Source: Squalus acanthias (taxonomy: Eukaryota). Taken from it: DNA of 64,000 bases. The translations under genes and the position numbers were made by a program. Position 1 is the stretch's first letter. Each line of letters begins with the position of its first letter. Where the stretch lies: the NCBI GenBank assembly GCA_030390025.1, contig CM059433.1:8434001-8498000 (forward strand), read 5' to 3'. The notes beneath the pieces were generated by a model. It had not been told where the DNA came from, did no database searches, and worked only from the letters and a program-made list of their open reading frames with translations. Of this stretch, positions 24,729 to 38,995 are shown piece by piece.

Positions 24729-25989
24729 ATTAAGATATTATATTATGCTATTATATTATGCTGCTGTGGGTCAAATTTGTAGCTGTATTGCTGTATTGTG
24801 CTTTAAGTAAATTAGTTGCTATGCTACTGCCTCTTTAGAACACAGAAATGAGAACAAAAGAAAGATTACCAGCCTTTGTTCTTATGATTGTGATGTGGAA
24901 AATTGTTGATAGAAATTTCCATTTTTAAGTTTTCATTTTTCATTGTACAGCCCTTAATGCTTTTATATAGCCCCAATTCTGTCGCAAAAGCGCTCCTGAT
25001 AAAACCTTGTGACAGGAGAATATGCAGGTGCATAATCTCTAACAATAGAGTCGCTGGTCAAGTATATACTATTCACCACATAAACTTTGCGTTTGATAGT
25101 GTTGGGGCGTTCAAAAAAAGCAGGCATCTGGTAACCGAACCAATTATTTAAAACATTTACAAAGGTACAACTTCAGTCAAATTAATTCAAGGAATATTAA
25201 CTGTTCAAATTAGCCTCTGTGAACTACAAAGAACAGGTGTGCGCGGGAGATGGTCTGTCCCTATTGTTTTGCCACAAGCCCTTTGCGTTTCCTCACGGCA
25301 GCACATGTCCATTAAATGTAATTTCATAGGATCATCAGAGCTTGTAAGGGCAGATCAAACAGGCCCTAAAATCCCAGCTGTTCAGGCCCAATTCAAGCAA
25401 AGTACAAACTGCATCCTTGCCTGCTAATTTATTCCATTTGCGAGATACAGACATCATTCTTTCTCTATCCTTGTCTGTGTGTGTTTTTTTTCTATCTTTG
25501 TTGTGGTATAGAATCTATTAAAATATGGCATTAAATAATTCCTTATTATATTAATAATTTATGATATATTTCAATAGAGTTTGAAATCTCAGTATTTTTC
25601 CACATAGAATTAACAGCGGCGACAACATTTAATAATGGGCATTATACAAATTTATAATGATACTGTCGCCCCGATTTTAACCCCTTCCCCCATGCCAAAC
25701 CTGTGCAGGGGGTTAAAATTGGAACAGCGTCCTAAGCACTGGACCCACACTGCACACATACCCTCGTGCCATTTTAATAGGCGCATTTCTGGCAATGTTC
25801 GAGATGTTTCTGGCTTATCTTCTTTGCAGACATCAATGGGGCACGTGGCAACTTCACCGGAATCTGCAACAGAGTCCCCGCCCACCCCAGCTAAGAATCA
25901 GCTGGTGTCTCCACGGAAACACAAATTGCAGCTCTGTGGCAGTAGGGGAGAAATCAGACAGCCCCCCCGGAGTACGAACTTACAGATCA

Positions 25990-26144
25990 TGTTTGTGGGA
26001 GCTTGCTGTGCGCAAATTGGCTGCCGCGTTTCCCACATTACAACAGTGACCACACTCCAAAAATACTTCATTGGCTGTAAAGGGCTTTGAGACGTCCGGT
26101 GGTCGTGAAAGGCGCTATAGAAATGCAAGTCTTTCTTCTTCTTT
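25990..26144 (+). mobile_element. DeuSINE-like SINE 3' half
   Basis: TGTTTGTGGGAGCTTGCTGTGCGCAAATTGGCTGCC..AAGGCGCTATAGAAATGCAAGTCTTTC. Confidence 0.8.
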
Positions 26145-26427
26145 CATGAAGGCTGAGTTGCAGACTACTTTCTCTCGGGCCTTTTCAGGTGTCATTAAAG
26201 CAGCCATCCAAATGGTCATTGAGGACACGGGTCCAGGGCCCAGTGGAATGCCAACAGCTGGATTGGACCTGCCCGAGGCTGTCATCTTTCAGGACAGGAG
26301 CACACGCCAGGCCTTTGGCCTTTCCCCCTCAGAGCACCATGGAACGTAAGAGGCAACACCAAGCTCCCCAGGCACAAGCTCCAGAGATGCAGCTCCCTGC
26401 CAGCGGCAAGCTGCAGTGTGAGGGGGG

Positions 26428-27652
26428 CTAAACAGATAAGGGGGAACCAGTGGATGTGGTGTGTTTGGATTTTCAGGAGGCATTCGATAAGGTGCCACAC
26501 AAGAGGTTATTAAACAAAATTAGAGCTCATGGGATTGGGGGTAATATGTGAGCATGGTTTGAGGATTGGTTAATGGACAGAAAACAGAGAGTAGGAACAA
26601 ACGGGTCATTTTCAGGTTGGCCGGCTGTAACGAGTGGGGTACCGCAAGGATCAGTGCTTGGGCCTCAGCTATTCACAATCTACATCAATGATTTGGATGA
26701 GGGGACCAAATGTAATATATCCAAGTTTGCTGATGATACAAAGCTGGGTGGGAATGTAAGTTGTGAGGAGGATGCAGGGAGGCTTCAAGGGGATATAGAC
26801 AGGCTAAGTGAGTAGGCAAGAACATGGCAAATGGAATATAATGTGGAGAAATGTGAAGTTATCCACTTTGGTAGGAAAAATAGAAAAGCAGATTATTTTT
26901 TAAATGGTGAGATTGGGAAATGTTGGTGTTCAGAGGGACCTGGGTGTCCTTGTACACGAATCACTGAAAGTTAACATGCAGGTACAGCAAGCAATTAGGA
27001 AAGCAAATGGTATGTTGGCCTTTATTAAAAGAGGATTTGAGTATAAGAGTAAAGACGCCTTACTGCAATTATATAGGGCCCTGGTGAAACCACACCTGGA
27101 GTATTGTGTACAGTTTTGGTCTCCTTACCTAAGGAAGGATATACTTGCCATAGAGGGAGTGCAACAAAGGTTCACCAGACTGGTTCCTGGGATGGGGGGA
27201 TTGTCCTGTGAGGAGAAATTGAGTAGACTAGGCTTATATTCTCTAGAGTTTAGAAGAATGAGAGGTGATCTCATTGAAACATACAATATTCTTACAGGAC
27301 TTGACAGGGTAGATGCAGGGAGGATGTTTCCCCTGGCTGGGGAGTCTAGAACCAGGGGTCACAGTCTCAGAATAAGGGGTCGGCCATTTAGGACTGAGAT
27401 GAGGAGAAATTTCTTCGCTCAGAGGGTGGTGAATCTTTAGAATTCTCTACCCGAGAGGGCTGTGGAGGCTCAGTCGTTGAGTATATTCAAGACAGAGATC
27501 AATAGATTTTTGAATATTAAGGGACTCATGGGATATGGGGATAGTGCAGAAAAGTGGAGATGATGTAGAAGATCAGCCATGATCTTACTGAATGACGGAG
27601 CAGGCTCGAAGGGCCAAATGGCCGACTCCTGCTCCTGTTTCTTATGTTCTTA
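26428..27652 (+). mobile_element. CR1 LINE 3' 1.2 kb (RT to tail)
   Basis: [56 protein letters not shown] tail. Confidence 0.95.
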
Positions 27653-28586
27653 TCTCAGTCCCATGACTCTTCTGTAAAACATGAGCAGCCTCACAATACT
27701 GGCCCTCAGGTTGCTCCGAGGAGAAGCACTAGAATAGGAGGAAGAAAGCAACATTCAGCCAGACAGGGGTAGCATGGTGTTAGGAAGGATTAGATTGCCT
27801 TGTCTTCATTGTGGAGTTTGTTGCATTAAAAGAGAATGTGCACTTATGTTGTGCTTTGTTATTAATAGAGATTACAGTCGTACAGAAAAGTGTGCATTCA
27901 TTTCACGCTGACTTACTCAGTCGCCTGATAATTGTTGGCATGGTCATGTCGCGGCGAAGAGGTCACATTCTAGAATGCATGCTGGATTGAAGGATTGGTC
28001 CTTTATTTGAAGGTTGAGGGGAGAAGGGTTTAAAGCAATGGTGTTAAACAGAAAGACTTCAGTGATCAGTTGTGCTGTGATGACCCTTGCAGCTGGTCAC
28101 TGAGGAGTCCTCTGAGTGGCGGTCGTCATGATGCTCTCCTCCATGTACTTCTGCTTCCAAAGCAGCTAGAGCCAACTCCCCAGGAATATGTTGAAACTGT
28201 GCACTCCGGTTGCATCCTGATGACACAAGTAACCAACGTGGTCCTCTTGCTCATCAGTTTTGACGTGGCGGCTCATGGCCGCAGCCGGGTTTGAGCTCCA
28301 AGTCAGCCGCAAACCAACTTCTAGGCCATTATTTTTGGAGAATTAATTGAGCCAGTTGTGAGGACTGAATGCAATAGGGCATTAATCCCAGTCCACACTC
28401 TTGAATAAATTCTGCAAATAACAGATCACCGACCGACAACATTTTCTCCAACAAACTCTCCCCCTCCCCATGTAAGTGGAATAAATAGGACTTTATAATA
28501 AACATCTTTCCAGTGTTACTGTTAATGAGCATGCAGTGATGCTAAATTTGCAAGCCATGCACAGAGTAGATTATAGCAGATAGCAG

Positions 28587-30361
28587 GGCTGCGATTTCGT
28601 CAGCCTCGGCGGGTTCGGTGCGGCCAGGGTCGGTGGCAGGTCCCGACCTCGCTGCTAGCTCCAGCCCGCTGTCCAAAATGATTTTCACCTGATTGGGCTT
28701 GTTAAGCCCGCCCAGCGTGTTTGCTGGCCAATTGAAGGAAGTGGATCTGATGACGTCACTTGATGACGCGTCATCAGCCGGTTTCCTTAAAGGGACCATG
28801 CGCAAATTGATTTTGACAGTTGTGCTGTCAGTGTTCTGCAGCATTGAGGTGCTGCAAACACTGACAAGCACTGCACAGAGGTGCAGGGCTGCACCTAGGC
28901 TCTCCCATGACTCCCTCCATATGCTTATGGAGAAAGTCACAGCACGCAGGGAAGTCCTCTTCCCTTCCAATGAGGGGAAGAGACCTCCCCAGGAGATCAA
29001 CGCAGCCTGGTTGCACATTGCACAGGAGGGCACAAGCAGGGATATCGTCAGGAGGACCTGGCTGCAGTGGCGCAAACCTTTCAATGATCTCAGTAGATCA
29101 CGAAATGTTACTGACAAGCCACACTCAACCTCATCCTGCTGTGCCACTCATCACATCCCCATCACTCTGCCTTCCCTACCCTACTCCTGCGCATCCTTAC
29201 TCACACCAACTTACCTTGCATCTCCACCCATCCCTCTCTATCTACATTATCACTTCCCTATTTCACTAGCCACCCCTCACACTCACACTCATCCTAGTCC
29301 AATCATACCAACTAACAACACACAAGGGTATCCACTTGGGTGTTTTAACCAATGTTCATGTGAAGTTTCTGTTAATGTGGTGTCAAACATTGAAACCTTT
29401 ATTTTCAACACTTTGCGTTCTTGGATAGATTTGTGTGCACTTTTGGGAGTGGGTTAGTGAGTTGCAGTGAATGGAGAGACATAACGGTACCCCCCGCAAT
29501 GGTGATGAGTGTGAAAGGAATGGCTCGGGTATTGTAGGGATGCTTTATAGTGTTGGTGTGGGGTGGTGCCAACCTGGCACATCATGTGGCAGCCAGGGCG
29601 TGCAGTGTTAAGTGAAGTAAATCTGGCCATGGTGAGGCCATCCCTGGCCTCCTGGGCAGCAATGTGGTCGGGTGCTGATGCTCTGTGTCCTGTGCATCAT
29701 CAGTTGATTGCGGAGAAGTTTGGTGTTGTTGTTGGTGCTGCTGGTGTGCCTAGTGCTGCTGGTGTTGGGGCTGATCGTGGTGGGATTCTGAGGACCAAAG
29801 TGAGGTAGCTTCAATGGCACCGATGCTGATGGAACAGATGGCAGGTGAGGTTGAGATGACAGAAGCGATCTGTCAATGGTGAGAGAGGTTGTTCCAATGA
29901 GGTGACATTGGATAGACAGTTTACTCCAAACATTTGCAACCTGCATAAAGCTCAATCTGTCTTCCAAATGCAGTAAGCAACAACTTCTGAGCTTGGAAAG
30001 TGAACAGCTGTGAGATGGGAGCTTTTATAGCACATTGGCAGCTGTCAAGTAATGAGATGATTCCGTGGTCACACAACGCCCGACCTGCTTACCTGACGTG
30101 ATCCCCGAGCAGCAGGGACCCCGTGGGCAACATCGTAAAATTTAAAGGTGAGCTCAAAATAGTTTTTAAGTGGCTCTTAACAAGGTCATAATGACCTAAA
30201 TTGCCTCCCCCACCGCTGTGTGACGGGTCTGTTCAGCGTTGACAGACCCGACATCTGGGAAAGTCATGTGGCGGCGGGTTCCCGACCCGCTGTCAAAAAA
30301 AAATGCTCCCAGCCGACCCGCCACCAAACGTGCCCGTTGACCCCCCCGAAAATTTTCCCCC
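28587..30361 (+). mobile_element. Internally deleted PIF/Harbinger element carrying a Myb/SANT-like exon
   Basis: ~28870-29105: RAAPRLSHDSLHMLMEKVTARREVLFP..KRPPQEINAAWLHIAQE..RRTWLQWRKPFNDL (MSANTD/NAIF1-like). Degenerate TIRs GGCTGCGATTT / AAAATTTTCCCCC; candidate 3-bp TSD CAG. Confidence 0.8.
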
Positions 30362-32148
30362 CAGGTAATTGGTGTTTTAATGGCTATTCTGTTAAGCAAA
30401 CAGTCGTAAACAATCCATACTAAAGTACAGCGAGCGTATTCGGAGCAAGTGTACTGTAATTGTCTTTAAAATATAAGTGAAAATGTAATACATAACACAA
30501 AACATAATCCAATTGACTTATTCCGTACTTAACGGACGCCCCCATGTACTGTGAATAAATGTTTTCACTTTTTTGAATTTATTTTGGGACGTTTACTAAG
30601 AATATACTCTGTGTAGATTTTGCACCTTCATTGAGCTGAACACTGCAGATGGGCAGAATCCTGATAGATAGGCGAACATTTATCATCATTTCAGTCAATG
30701 CACGTTTCATTTTACCTTTGTGGTTACCATCTGGCGAGGTTCTTGAAAAGCAGCTATTGCCATTAAGCAGTTGTATAACATGTATTGGCCAGTTACGTTA
30801 TCATTATATAAAACAGAAGAGTTTTAAAATTCAACTTCCACGTGTTGTAAGATCGCAAAATGTTAACAACAGAGTTAAATAAGCTGTCAGATATTGGCTG
30901 CAACCCTTGTTGTGATAAAAAAAAAGTGAATATTCACGTAACGCAAGTTCTGACTTCAGAAAATTCTTTCCGCCGACCCACCATATATATATATATATAC
31001 CCATACTGATTTCATCAGGAGCCTTGAGTGATGACTGAACAAATGCTTGTTGAAAAGATGTTTATGATTATCTGCTGCTGTGCACCATATGAGACAATGC
31101 TGTCGGGTTTTGGTGGTTTATATGATGCAAGTGATGTAATCGCATGAAACCTTGTGACATAAATGACATTTTGGAGTTGTGAAGGATTTTTTAAAAAACT
31201 GGAAACAGATGCTGCAAAATTAAGCCTTTAGTTGACTACATATGTAACTGATTTTATAAAGAGGCTAAATGCAGCCATCCTTTTGTTTGCTTGTGTAGGC
31301 TAGATGTTAAAATTTATAGGAATCCATCACACATTCTCTTTTGCTCATGTCATGTTGTCCAATGTATTGTTATGAAATTATTCAGAAAGATTAAAACCAT
31401 ATTGGCCCAACGCGTTGCCATAACAGTAAAGAGAAGGGGTTGGGGGAGGGTCAATAAAAATAACCGACTGCTTAAGTTATTTTAGGAAACTATATTGGAG
31501 AGACAGGGCGGCTTTGGAGCTCTCGTGGAGCACAGTTCGCTCACCCCTGCAATCCAAGTTCGAATCCAGCCTAAATATTTGGAATTAAGAGTGCCCATTT
31601 CTAAAGAGGCAAGCTGTCGGAGTCTCAATACAGTGCCGAGATAACAGACCCTCAAAATGGGCACGAACTGGAGCTGATCATCTGCCGTTGATACAGGGGC
31701 TGAGAGGACACAGTGAAAATAATGTCAGACTGGATCAGGAGTGTTCTCAATGTAGAAAGGGTTCTGGTAGCATCTGCTCTGTGCCATACCAGACTTGGAA
31801 GTCCCCGACGTCACCGGATGCAAAATGGTAAAATTCACATGTTTCCCAGTATTTTGCCAAATCCGCCCTTAAACAGCAATAAAACTATGAATCGATTTGA
31901 AAATTCACAATATTTTACAACAACATATATACGACATATGGCTCCCAATCTCCACACCGTTGTTGACAAACGTTTTCTTAGAATCAGGGCGTTACCTTTT
32001 TATTTGGCCAGATAAATGGAACAAAAGCCATTTCCTTGGGTTTAATCACCCCAAAATCGATCTCTCTGAATTCCATTGTGCTTTTAGGGCCTTCTCACAA
32101 TCCTAGTTTTACACTCACAGTGCACTGGGCAGAAGTCAGAGCGAGAGA

Positions 32149-32623
32149 AACACTCAAGAAGCTCGACACCATCCAGGACAAGCAGCCCACTTGATCAGCA
32201 CCCCATCCACCACCTTAAACATTCACTCCCTCCACCACCGGCGTACCGTGGCTGCAGTGTGTACCATCTACAAGATGCACTGCAGCAACTCGCCAAGGCT
32301 CCTTCGGCAGCACCTGCCAAACCCACGACCTCTTCCACCTAGAAGGACAAGGGCAGCAGACGCATGGGAACACCACCACCTCCAAGTTCCCCTCCAAGTC
32401 ACACACCATCCTGACTTGGAAATATATCTGCCGATCCTTCATCGTCGCTGGGTCAAAATCCTGGAGCTCCCTCCCTAACCGCACTGTGCGAGTACCTTCA
32501 CCACACGGACTGTAGCGGTTCAAGAAGGCGGCTCACCACCACCTTCTCAAGGGCAATTAGGGATGGGCAATAAATACTGGCATTGCCAGCGACGCCCAGA
32601 TCCCAGGAACGAATAAAAAAAAA
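32149..32623 (+). mobile_element. 3' fragment of the tRNA-headed CR1-group LINE
   Basis: LNIHSLHHRRTVAAVCTIYKMHCSNSPRLL; 3' UTR and poly(A). Confidence 0.88.
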
Positions 32624-33594
32624 CAGATAATGGCCCCAGTCAGATTGGTCCGATGAGCAGCGGAGGACTGCTACAGTGAGTCACATGCCATTACAAGAGT
32701 GGTTGCCAAGACGACCAGCGGTGCCATAAAGCGAGGTTTCTGCTGCTGTAAACGTCTTCTGTTCTGCATGAATCCTTGGAAAGGTTTTCTGTGCAGTTAG
32801 TTTCTCTGGGATATTGGTAACAAATGATTCAGCTGCTTCTCTCATTACATAACCATTTCTTCCGCCATCTGATCCAGAAAACAAAGGAAAAATACATTAA
32901 ACATTGGCTGAAAGTGTAAAAAAAAAATGTTGTAAGTGCAAACATTACCTGAAATAAAAAAATCAATATTTCAAACTACAAACCATACCTGAAAGGTAAA
33001 CATTTTTATTTAAAAGACTTTCAAAGTATTTACCTTCTGCCCCTTTAAATTAGGACTTTAAGCAGCTTTCCTTTAACACATGATTATAACAGGCAGAAGC
33101 ATTGCTGAGCAGGATATCCGCCCAAACATTGGAAAGTGAAACAAGCCTGCTAAATGCTTTCAACAGAATGCTGCATATGTGCTCAATAAGGCACCCACTC
33201 AACGGAAGCAGGAGTAATTGGCATAGCATACACTCCCCTCCCCCAGTGGAAAGATACCAGGGCGCGCTTGTAGTGGGCAGGACTGCGCGATGCACAATTT
33301 CCTGGTTCCCCCACTCACCTGAATCCCTTTAGCCGAGGCAATTCCACCAGTCGGAAAGTTCGCCCTCGTGTGTCAATCGAAGTGGAACATTAAAACCGGC
33401 AGCTCAGACACAACCATGGCATACAGAATTGAACAATAAGCAGTCCCAATGGTCTGGCTGCAAGATTCAATTAAAAATCAGATGGAGGGATCATCGGTAC
33501 ACTGAGTTAGATCATTACTGTCCTTTCCAATAGTTTCCTGGAGCGCATTCCTTTCAAAAGAATCATGAAATTAACTATTAATTAATAAAAGAAA

Positions 33595-33746
33595 GACACA
33601 AAAGACACAAAAGGCATCAAGGGGTATGGGGAGAGCGCGGGAATATGGTATTGGGATAGAGGATCAGCCATGATCATATTGAATGGCGGAGCAGGCTCGA
33701 AGGGCCGAATGGCCGACTCCTGCTCCTATTTTTCTATGTTTCTATG
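33595..33746 (+). mobile_element. CR1 3' tail
   Basis: GATCAGCCATGATCATATTGAATGGCGGAGCAGGCTCGAAGGGCCGAATGGCC..TCTATGTTTCTATG. Confidence 0.85.
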
Positions 33747-35222
33747 TAAAGGCCATGAACTGCTATTTGTGCATGAACTATGGCTAGGGACTCCAAAGCA
33801 TGATTCAGTCTTGTGGGTTAGTATCTTGGAACAGTGGGCTGAAAAGACTTTCTCATCCAAACCTGACTTGTGAGTTCCATTGCAATGGATGGGAGGAAGG
33901 GCAGGCTGCTGCTAGCTGGAACTGAAAGGGACTCGCACGAAGCACTTGCGCTGTGTCGTTGCTCCAAGCGTTGCTCTGTCCACAGTCTGGTCCAGATCTC
34001 ATTCAAGTCAGAGTCGCAATGAAGCCGGGTCAGCCCGGGTGCCGGTGACTAATGCTGCACCAACGCTACACTGGCTACACCCCATGGTGACCCCATTTCA
34101 TGGTCTTACATCAATTATCCAATTAGCACCCGTCACCTTCCTGTGTTACCGAGCGGCGCACGTGTATTTACCGAGTGATGAGTGTTGGGTGGCTTCGCAG
34201 TGTGCAGACTGTCTGAACAGAACAGCAGCTTTGCCGGTCTTCAAGTGAAACAGGCCGAGCAGACTGAGCGTACAAAATGCCAACTATCTTCTACTTTATT
34301 TTTATGATGGTTGTGTTAAGTTTCTTTTTAACTCTAGATTTTTTTGTGGGGGTGTGGGAGGTTCCACAGGCGATCCTCTGCTCCCTGTGTGACAGAGAGT
34401 GCCCAGATATCTGTAAATTACTAGCATGCCCAGGGATCGAGCAGAGAAGCCTCGTCACTTTATTTCAGCTTATTGTTTTTTCACATGTTTTATGATCATC
34501 CTTCACTTAAGAAGGTAGCAGAGTAACACTACACTAGACTAGTAAAACAACAATTGAGCCATAACTATTCTACAAATATAAATGTTACAGTAGTTATTAA
34601 ACTGCTGGAGTAAGTAGAAAGTAACGAATAGATGTAAGTGCTGAGCTAAACTATGTATAACGTGGCAGTTCTTTTCCTTTTCTCTTTTTTTATTGAAAGC
34701 TGGCACGCTTAGTTGTTACTCTCTAAAGTCTTTAGACAGACTAAGCAAAAGCAGCCAGGATCAAACAGATTTAAACAACTGCCTGTTCAATTCAAAACAA
34801 ACTGACAATCCAGCACGTATTTGAACAAACCCCTCACAAGATGTTTGTATTTGAATTGAGTGACTTGGTTCCATCCTTCGGACCCCTGTCTGAGACACAG
34901 CCATGGGTGCCAACATACTAAGTATGAGCCTGGGACCTGAGTCATACTGCCGACTGCACCTTGCTGCGGGGGTGCTCTGAGCTCCGTGACAAAGGAGCGT
35001 GTGTCGAGAGCTCTGCTTCCCAGGTGGATAATTTTCACTGTTAGGAGAGAGAATAGTTCAAAAGTAAGTTTATAAAGTGTCCCGATGGTCCAATGGTTTC
35101 CTGGCTGGGGTTATATTACACCCAGTGTAAAGCCCGTAGTGACATAAGATGACTCACTAGAGGCGGTGTCGCACTTCTCGGTGTGCTGAGGAGTCAGATT
35201 TGGCACCTGACTCCCAAGTTAC

Positions 35223-35537
35223 TTTTTTTTTAAATTTATTCGTTTATGGGATGTGGACGTCGCTGGCAAGGCCAGCATTTATTGCCCATCCCCAATTGCC
35301 CTTGAGAAGGTGGTGGTGAGCTGCCTTCTTGAACCGCTGCAGTCCGTGAAGTGAAGGTACTCCCACAGTGCTGTTAGGGAGGGAGTTCCAGGATTTTGAC
35401 CCAGCGACGATGAAGGATCGGCGATATACTTCCAAGTCAGGATGATGTGTGACTCGGAGGGGAACTTGGTGTTCCCATGCGCCTGCTGCCCTTGTCCTTC
35501 TAGGTGGAAGAGGTCGCGGGTTTGGCAGGTGCTGCCG
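35223..35537 (-). mobile_element. 3' fragment of the tRNA-headed CR1-group LINE
   Basis: Reverse complement of the 3' end seen at 18840-19140. Confidence 0.88.
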
Positions 35538-36501
35538 TTATACTGTTAATTTCACATTGATGTGCATTAAGCTGTAGCACGGGAGCAGGGTAACATAAGA
35601 AATGTAGAGGTGGGAAGACTAGCTTCCAGGCTGCAGTAAGATCAGTACCTTTGCTCCCATGGGGTTGACAATTGCTGTGTACTTGATGAATAGAGACGGC
35701 AGTACTGACCTGCTTGCGTGTACTGTACCAATTTAGATTGGTCTGGTCAAGCTAGTACAGGTTAATTACTAAGTTCAATGTCCGATTATACTGTAAGTAA
35801 CTACCATTATTATCATTTTCTTCAGACTGCAAACAATGCAACGTTTCTAGTCTCCCACTCACAAAGCTTACTGTAAAAATCATTAAAATGACACTGATAA
35901 AATCCTAATCTGCTGTAGAAACCGTGGAGGTGAATCCTGTTTCTCACAATATACTTTTTGTACTCTTTGAAAATCATGGAAAATGAATGGCATTCCAGTA
36001 CAGCAGAAGTGGCATTATATTGCTTCCTGACACTGACACCGATCTACATCACGGCTCTCCATCTCTGGGGAGCTGCACTGAATCTAGCGCCGACCAGTGA
36101 TGGGTGATGTAAAGATAGTCTCTGTGATAAGGTTAACAGGTGAAATGATTTCTGGCAGTCAGTCTGCTTTCCAGTTGACCCTATCCTCGGCACATGACAA
36201 CCCGATTTAGCAGCCTCTCGTCAGGCTCATGCTAAAAGTATCTAGCAGAGTAAAAAGGGTGTTCTTCCAACGTGGGAGTGGAAGATATATTTTGGGGATG
36301 TGTGAAGCAGTATTATTATGATGCACCAAGATACCTGACTAAGTGGTACATGCTTATACTGTCTATGGGGACAAAGTCCGAAAGAAAATGGAGTCCAACA
36401 CGGAGTTTGAACCTCGTCATTTCAGCAGTAACAAATAAATAAATACCCACATGAAAAGAAATTGCATCGCCTGCATATACCACAAGTGCTAGTATTTGTG
36501 T

Positions 36502-36899
36502 TCATAGAATCATACGCCACAGGCCATTCTGCCCATCACACCTGTGCCGGCTCTTTGAGGAGGAGCTATCCAATTAGTCCCACTCTCCCCTGCCCATTCC
36601 CAATATCCCGACAACATTTTCCTTTTCAAGTATTTATCCAATTCCCTTTTGAAAGTTACTATTGAATCTGCTTCCACCGACCCTTTCAGGCAGCGCATTC
36701 CAGATCTTGTTACGAGATCCTGAAGGTAATCTGAAAAGTTCTATTCTTAAGGCTAAAGGGATCAAGGGATATGGGGAGAAAGCAGGGACAGGGTACTGAA
36801 TTTGGAAGATCAGCCATGATCTCATTGAATGACGGAGCAGGCTCGAGGGGCCGAATGGCCTACTCCTGCTCCTATCTTCGATGATTCTATGATTCTATG
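36502..36899. mobile_element. Two CR1 3' ends in opposite orientation (36502-36712 minus; 36745-36899 plus)
   Basis: WNALPERV..FKRELDKYL on the minus strand; AGGCTCGAGGGGCCGAATGGCCTACTCC..(GATTCTAT)n on the plus strand. Confidence 0.8.
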
Positions 36900-38658
36900 A
36901 AGGAAACTAGAAGCTTGACAGAGCAGTCAAGGCACAAAGAACTCGGTATTTTCAATTGAAAGCTGCAGCCACCCATTTTTTTTTCTGGGTACAGGTCCTC
37001 TAGAGAAGCTTAATTGCTAAAAGTTATATTTGAAAGTAATTAGTTTTAAAAGCATTTTATCTTCCTAGCAGGGATCAGAACCAGGAAAGATTTCATTTGT
37101 AGACACAAAGGCTGCGGTTTTGCCGGCGCTCAGAGGGCGGGTTCGGAGGCGGGCCCGCTGTCAAAATCGAATTTTGGAAACCTTACACTCGCAGGGCGGG
37201 CTTAACAAGCCCAATCAACGTAAAGTCACTTGGAGAGTGCGGGCTGCAGTAGGCAGCGGGCTGGGACCGCGACACTGACCCTGGCCACTTCGGACCCGCC
37301 TCGGTCGGTGAAACCGCGGCCATAGTGTAGACCTCTGCACTCAGGAACCAAGTGCACAGCTCAAAGTCCAACAGCATAAAAATACAAGATTCTTAGCTCC
37401 CAATGTGAATCCCTGCTACAGAAAAAAACCCACCTTTAAATATATACCATTTGGAATTCAATTTTTAGTGGGCAAGATTTTTTAATGAGGATATTTGTAA
37501 GGATTATTGTGGTTTTACAAATTATGACTATGAGTACTTTACAACTATCCAATGTATAAATGTTTTCACGTTGTGTGTTATCCAGTGTATAATGGGCGGC
37601 TGAATCGATATCACCCATTTTACACTATCACCCAAAATCAAAATTATCGTCCTTCTCTCTGAACTTCTGCTTAGGCTTAGACTTCTCCGGTCATTTGGAC
37701 ATCTTTCTGGTAAAAAAAAAAATGCCAATGTTAGAGAACGCTCAGGACCAACCAGAAAAAACAAGTGTACAATAGGATCCTATCCCGAGAGCTTCAAAAA
37801 GTGGCAGGAACGTCCCACAGACAGCAATGCACAAGGCATTCCAGTTGGGCCCAAGAGAAAGTCGTACAGCTCATAGGGCTGAGACATCTTTGACCACATC
37901 AAACACCAGACATAACAGATACGCATGACTTGAGACTCACGCATATCTGGAATCTTGGAGGATTAAAGCAACCGCTTTCAGATTAAAATTGTGAAGCCGA
38001 GCCTAAGAGGAAAAACAGCCTCAAGATTTTCTTGAGCGGTGTATTAGTGGAATGCGTTCCCAGTTGAGACAATAACTGAATCACTGACGATGTGGAAATA
38101 AGCGAGGGCGCTCCTCCGAGACTTGGACCATCCCAATGGAATTTTGCAAACAGCCCCGAGGGGAAAGGCAGCAATAATTAAACGTGAAGGCACCGATGTG
38201 ATCTGGGGATGTCAAAAACTGGTGCTCCCGCAGAACTACCAAACATAAGCTAAGGCGCAGAGAGCCAGGGAATTTGGCTTACTTAGAGTGATCGTAAATC
38301 AGGATATCAAACCATGTTCAAAAAAGGGCAAATAAATTCCATTGCATTTTACATTGTTTTACGGAAAAGAACAGTGAAAGCAGGTATATTCTAAATGGTA
38401 AGATTCTCACAGAGTGGGAGAAAAGGAGAGATCGAGGGGTGCAGAAATTTATAACGTTGGAAGTGCAGGTAGAAAAAGCTATAAAAAATGCAAATGGGGT
38501 CCTGGGCTTTAAATATAGGGCCATTAAGTATAAATGCAACAGAATTAGATTAAGTTTGTATAAGACATTGGTTAAGCCACAGTTAAAGTATTAGATACAA
38601 TTCTTGGCACTACATTATTGAAAGCAAATTAGTGATATGAAAATGGTCCAGTAAATAA

Positions 38659-38834
38659 TGGCCTGCTTGATTGGCATCCCACCCACCACCTTAAACATTC
38701 ACACCCTCCACCACCGGTGCACCGTGGCTGCAGTGTGTACCATCTACAAGATACACTGCAGCAACTCGCCAAGGCTTCTTCGGCAGCACCTGCCAAACCC
38801 GCGACCTCTTCCACCTAGAAGGACAAGGGCAGCA
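38659..38834 (+). mobile_element. Internal fragment of the tRNA-headed CR1-group LINE
   Basis: ACLIGIPPTTLNIHTLHHRCTVAAVCTIYKIHCSNSPRLL; an older CR1 fragment lies just upstream (~38310-38622). Confidence 0.8.
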
Positions 38835-38995
38835 GAGGGCCGAGATGGAGTGGAGAGACGACCATTAGCCAGCATAGGTTGTTACAGGTGTCCAACAGAG
38901 GTGTGTAGTGGCGTCAGATGTCGGCAGCGTGCCCCAGCAGATCCGGTACACCAGCAGAGGAGCAGGAGGAATGAAACCCGGGGTCCAAGAGCAGT

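Noticed and set aside
28693..29457. 254-aa ORF as a domesticated MSANTD gene
   Set aside because: Lies within a TIR element that has a second copy in the window; the ORF starts at a non-ATG codon and runs on into low-complexity, intron-like sequence.
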